Positions 61,423 to 64,000 of a stretch of 64,000 bases of DNA are shown here, in pieces. A model generated the notes under the pieces. It was not told the origin of the DNA. It made no database searches and saw only the letters and a list, made by a program, of their open reading frames with translations. A program made the translations under genes and the position numbers. Origin of the DNA: Alphaproteobacteria bacterium (GTDB lineage Bacteria > Pseudomonadota > Alphaproteobacteria > UBA828). The stretch spans positions 512,001 through 576,000 of the forward strand of contig CBDCQT010000011.1 of NCBI GenBank assembly GCA_965220745.1. The letters are read 5' to 3'. Each line of letters opens with the position of its first letter. Positions within the stretch are counted from its first letter, which is position 1.

Positions 61423-63216
61423 CTACGCCGCGCGGCGCTCGCCCCTGAGCGCCTCGGTGGCCGCGAGGTCCACGGCGCGCTCTTCGGCGTCGATCACCAC
61501 GCCGTAGGCAGTCCGAGCCTCGTCGATCGAGATGTAGTCGTCGAGCACGTCGTCGAGAACCTGCTCCACCGGGCGGGCCATGGGGTCGCCCCAGCCGCCA
61601 CCGCCGCCGGTCTCGATGCGGAAGGCCTCGCCCGGCGCGAAGCGATAGGCGGCGAGCAGCGGGTTGTGCCACGAGCCGTCATCCGCCAGACCGCCGATCA
61701 CCTCCGCGGAACCGTCGGGCAGGAGCTTGCAGAGCCGCTGCGCCCTGCTTTCCTGCCCGCCCTCGACGCCGGGGCTGCCCGCGAGGGTCCGCGAGGTCTC
61801 GATGCTGAGCTCGGCGTTGCCGTTGAAGCGGAACTGCAGCCTCGCGCCGAGCCCGCCACGATGGGTGCCCGGTCCCGCCGAATCCTGTCTCAGGTCGAAC
61901 GCCTCGTAGACGATGGGGTAGCAGAGCTCGGCCACCTCCGCCGAGAGGTTCATGCAGTTGCCGGTGGGGTCGAAGCGGACGCTCGCGCCGTCCATGTCGT
62001 TCATGCCGCCCCAGCCGCCGGCGGGCAGGTCGGAGAACACGGTCTGGCGCCGGGTCTCGGGGTCGGTCACGGCGCAGACCAGCCAGTTCACGTCCGACAT
62101 GGTGCCGCCCGTCGCGTCCTGCGGCATGGCCTGGCTCATCGCCAGCCAGATCGAGCTGTTGATCTTGGCGGCGGTCACCGTGGTGCAGCCGATGGTGGGC
62201 GCGGGCCACTTGGCGTTGAGCCAGCAATCGTCCGGCAGCACGATGTCGACCGCGTCGAACAGGCCGGCGTTGGCCGGCGCTTCGGGGCAGAGGTAGAAAC
62301 GCAGCGCCAGATAGGTGGCCGAAAACGTATTGGCGAGCGGCGAGTTGATCGCGCCGACGCATTGCGGGTCCGACCCGGTGAAGTCGACGGTCATCTTCTC
62401 GCCTTCGACGACGATCTTCACGGCGAGCTTGATGGGCTCCTCGCTGAAGCCGTCGGTATCGACGAAATCGGTCACCCCGTATTCGCCGTCGGGGATCGCC
62501 TCGATGCGGCTGCGGCTGATGCGATTGGTGTAGGCGATCAGCTCGCGCATGGCGATCTCGACCGTCTCGAGGCCGTAGCGGGCAACCCCGCGGCTGAACT
62601 CCTGCTCGGCGACCTTCAGCGCGCCCATGTGAGCCTGGATATCGCCCTCGATGTATTCCGGGCAGCGCGTGTTGTTCTTGATCAGCGCCAGCAGGTCCTG
62701 GTTCATCTCGTATTCGTTGAAGAGCTTGAGCGGCGGGATGCGCAGCCCTTCGCCGGCGATATGCGTGCCGAAGGACTGCCCGCCGGCTGCGCCGCCGCCG
62801 AGGTCCTGCCAGTGTCCCCGGCTCACGGCGAAGCCGAGCAGCCTGTCGTCGCTGAAGATCGGCATCGTGAAGGTGGTGTCGGGAATGTGCGTCCCGCCCT
62901 GGAAGGGGTCGTTCAGGACCACCACGTCGCCGGGGCGAAGCGTTTCCTTGCCGTACTTGTTGACCGATTCCTGGGCGGCGAAGTGCATCGCAGCCATGTG
63001 GATCGGGCAGCCCGGCGATTGGGAGACGAGGCGGATATCCGCATCGTAGACGGCGTTGGAGTAGTCGAGAATGTCACTCAGGATCGGCGAGAACGCGGTC
63101 TTCTGCAGCACCTTGCTCATGCGCTCGCAGCAGAAATCGAAGTGGCTGCGCAGGACCTCGAATGTCACCGGATCGAGATCCCTGATCTCCGATGCGTTGC
63201 GTCTGACTGCATCCAT
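61423..63216 (-). CDS. Hydantoinase B/oxoprolinase family subunit
   Basis: LDPVTFEV, PIH, NDPFQGGTHIPD, HWQDLGG, EGLRIPP, SAGPG..RGG, GGGGGWGDP. Confidence 0.93.
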   Translation of the reverse strand: MDAVRRNASEIRDLDPVTFEVLRSHFDFCCERMSKVLQKTAFSPILSDILDYSNAVYDADIRLVSQSPGCPIHMAAMHFAAQESVNKYGKETLRPGDVVVLNDPFQGGTHIPDTTFTMPIFSDDRLLGFAVSRGHWQDLGGGAAGGQSFGTHIAGEGLRIPPLKLFNEYEMNQDLLALIKNNTRCPEYIEGDIQAHMGALKVAEQEFSRGVARYGLETVEIAMRELIAYTNRISRSRIEAIPDGEYGVTDFVDTDGFSEEPIKLAVKIVVEGEKMTVDFTGSDPQCVGAINSPLANTFSATYLALRFYLCPEAPANAGLFDAVDIVLPDDCWLNAKWPAPTIGCTTVTAAKINSSIWLAMSQAMPQDATGGTMSDVNWLVCAVTDPETRRQTVFSDLPAGGWGGMNDMDGASVRFDPTGNCMNLSAEVAELCYPIVYEAFDLRQDSAGPGTHRGGLGARLQFRFNGNAELSIETSRTLAGSPGVEGGQESRAQRLCKLLPDGSAEVIGGLADDGSWHNPLLAAYRFAPGEAFRIETGGGGGWGDPMARPVEQVLDDVLDDYISIDEARTAYGVVIDAEERAVDLAATEALRGERRAA

Positions 63217-63236
63217 GGCCTTGACCCCTTGAGCGC

Positions 63237-64000
63237 TCAGGCGGCGCCATCCAACGCGATCAACAAGTTGCCGCTGCGGTCGACCGACGCCTGCGTGTCC
63301 GGCGGCAGGACGGTCTCCGAATGGTCGTACTCTACAATGGCGGGGCCGGTGATGGCGACGCCGGGATAGAGCCGCTCGCCGGCGTAGATCGCGACATCGT
63401 GCCATGACCCGCCGAAGTAGACCGGCCGCGTGCCGCGCTCGACCTCGGCAGCAGCGCCTGCCTCGGCTCCATGGATGGTCGGGCGCGCGAACGCTCCCGC
63501 GGCGGTGACGCCGATGCTGACGAACTCCGACGGGAAGGTCGGCGACTTGACGCCGTGCTCGGCTTCATGCGCGTCGTGGAAGGCATCAGCGATGTCCTGC
63601 GCCCGCTCGGTCGAGAGCTGGCCGTCACCGAGCGGCGTCAGTACCTCCCAGAACTGGCCGACGTAGCGCATCTGCGCGTGGCGCGAGAGCATCATCCCGG
63701 CGTCCGCGATGCCGTCCCGTGCGAGCAACGCCCGGCCCTGATGTTCGAGCCCGGCGTACATCTGGTTGAGCCGGTCGAAATCCGCCTCGTCCACGGGGGC
63801 GTAGTAGAACTCCTCCAGGTCGTGGCGGATGTCCATGGCGGTCGCGCCGAAGGCCGAGGCGACGCCGGCATGGGCCGGAACCACGATGCGGGGGATGTTC
63901 ATGGCGCGCGCGATCTGACAGGCGTGCATGGGGCCCGCGCCGCCGAAGCTCGCGAGCACGAAATCGCGCGGGTCGCGCCCGCGATCGGTGAGCACGAGCT
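63237..64000 (-). CDS. Hydantoinase A/oxoprolinase family subunit (5' part outside the window)
   Basis: RGRDPRDF.L.SFGGAGPMHA, MRYVGQ..E, GPAIVE, GNLLI. Confidence 0.92.
   Translation of the reverse strand, partial: LVLTDRGRDPRDFVLASFGGAGPMHACQIARAMNIPRIVVPAHAGVASAFGATAMDIRHDLEEFYYAPVDEADFDRLNQMYAGLEHQGRALLARDGIADAGMMLSRHAQMRYVGQFWEVLTPLGDGQLSTERAQDIADAFHDAHEAEHGVKSPTFPSEFVSIGVTAAGAFARPTIHGAEAGAAAEVERGTRPVYFGGSWHDVAIYAGERLYPGVAITGPAIVEYDHSETVLPPDTQASVDRSGNLLIALDGAA

Overview
High-GC bacterial window, most likely from an Alphaproteobacterium of Rhodospirillales type (judged from RpoC, the UbiH/UbiL hydroxylase, ttuD-pyk, the PDZ S1C family and the CCCTCTCC palindromic repeats). It starts with the rpoB 3' end and full rpoC, then runs through about 60 kb of accessory genes. 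Transport: three ABC importer loci (CUT1 sugar, CUT2 sugar, Fe3+ without its ATPase). Enzymes: a Rieske sterol-oxygenase-like gene, nagA/ROK, hydroxyproline epimerase and many amide/amine catabolic enzymes. Other proteins: a His-rich beta-propeller/S41 peptidase/PCuAC trio and a spondin-domain protein. Toxin-antitoxin elements: HigB/HigA-IrrE, DUF433/DUF5615 and an unannotated 53-aa HigA-N-terminus-like ORF. The last 12 kb is a catabolic island with N,N-dimethylformamidase-like subunits, an F420-type LLM, a ThDP enzyme, duplicated SDRs, a Mo/W-bisPGD enzyme and hydantoinase A/B. Non-coding elements include a 272-bp MITE-like element with long TIRs and two copies of a palindromic repeat, one apparently read in frame in a gene. 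The gene mix suggests an animal-associated (e.g. sponge) symbiont, which is an inference. I saw no rRNA, tRNA, CRISPR array, transposase, integrase or reverse transcriptase. All family calls come from motif recognition, not database searches.
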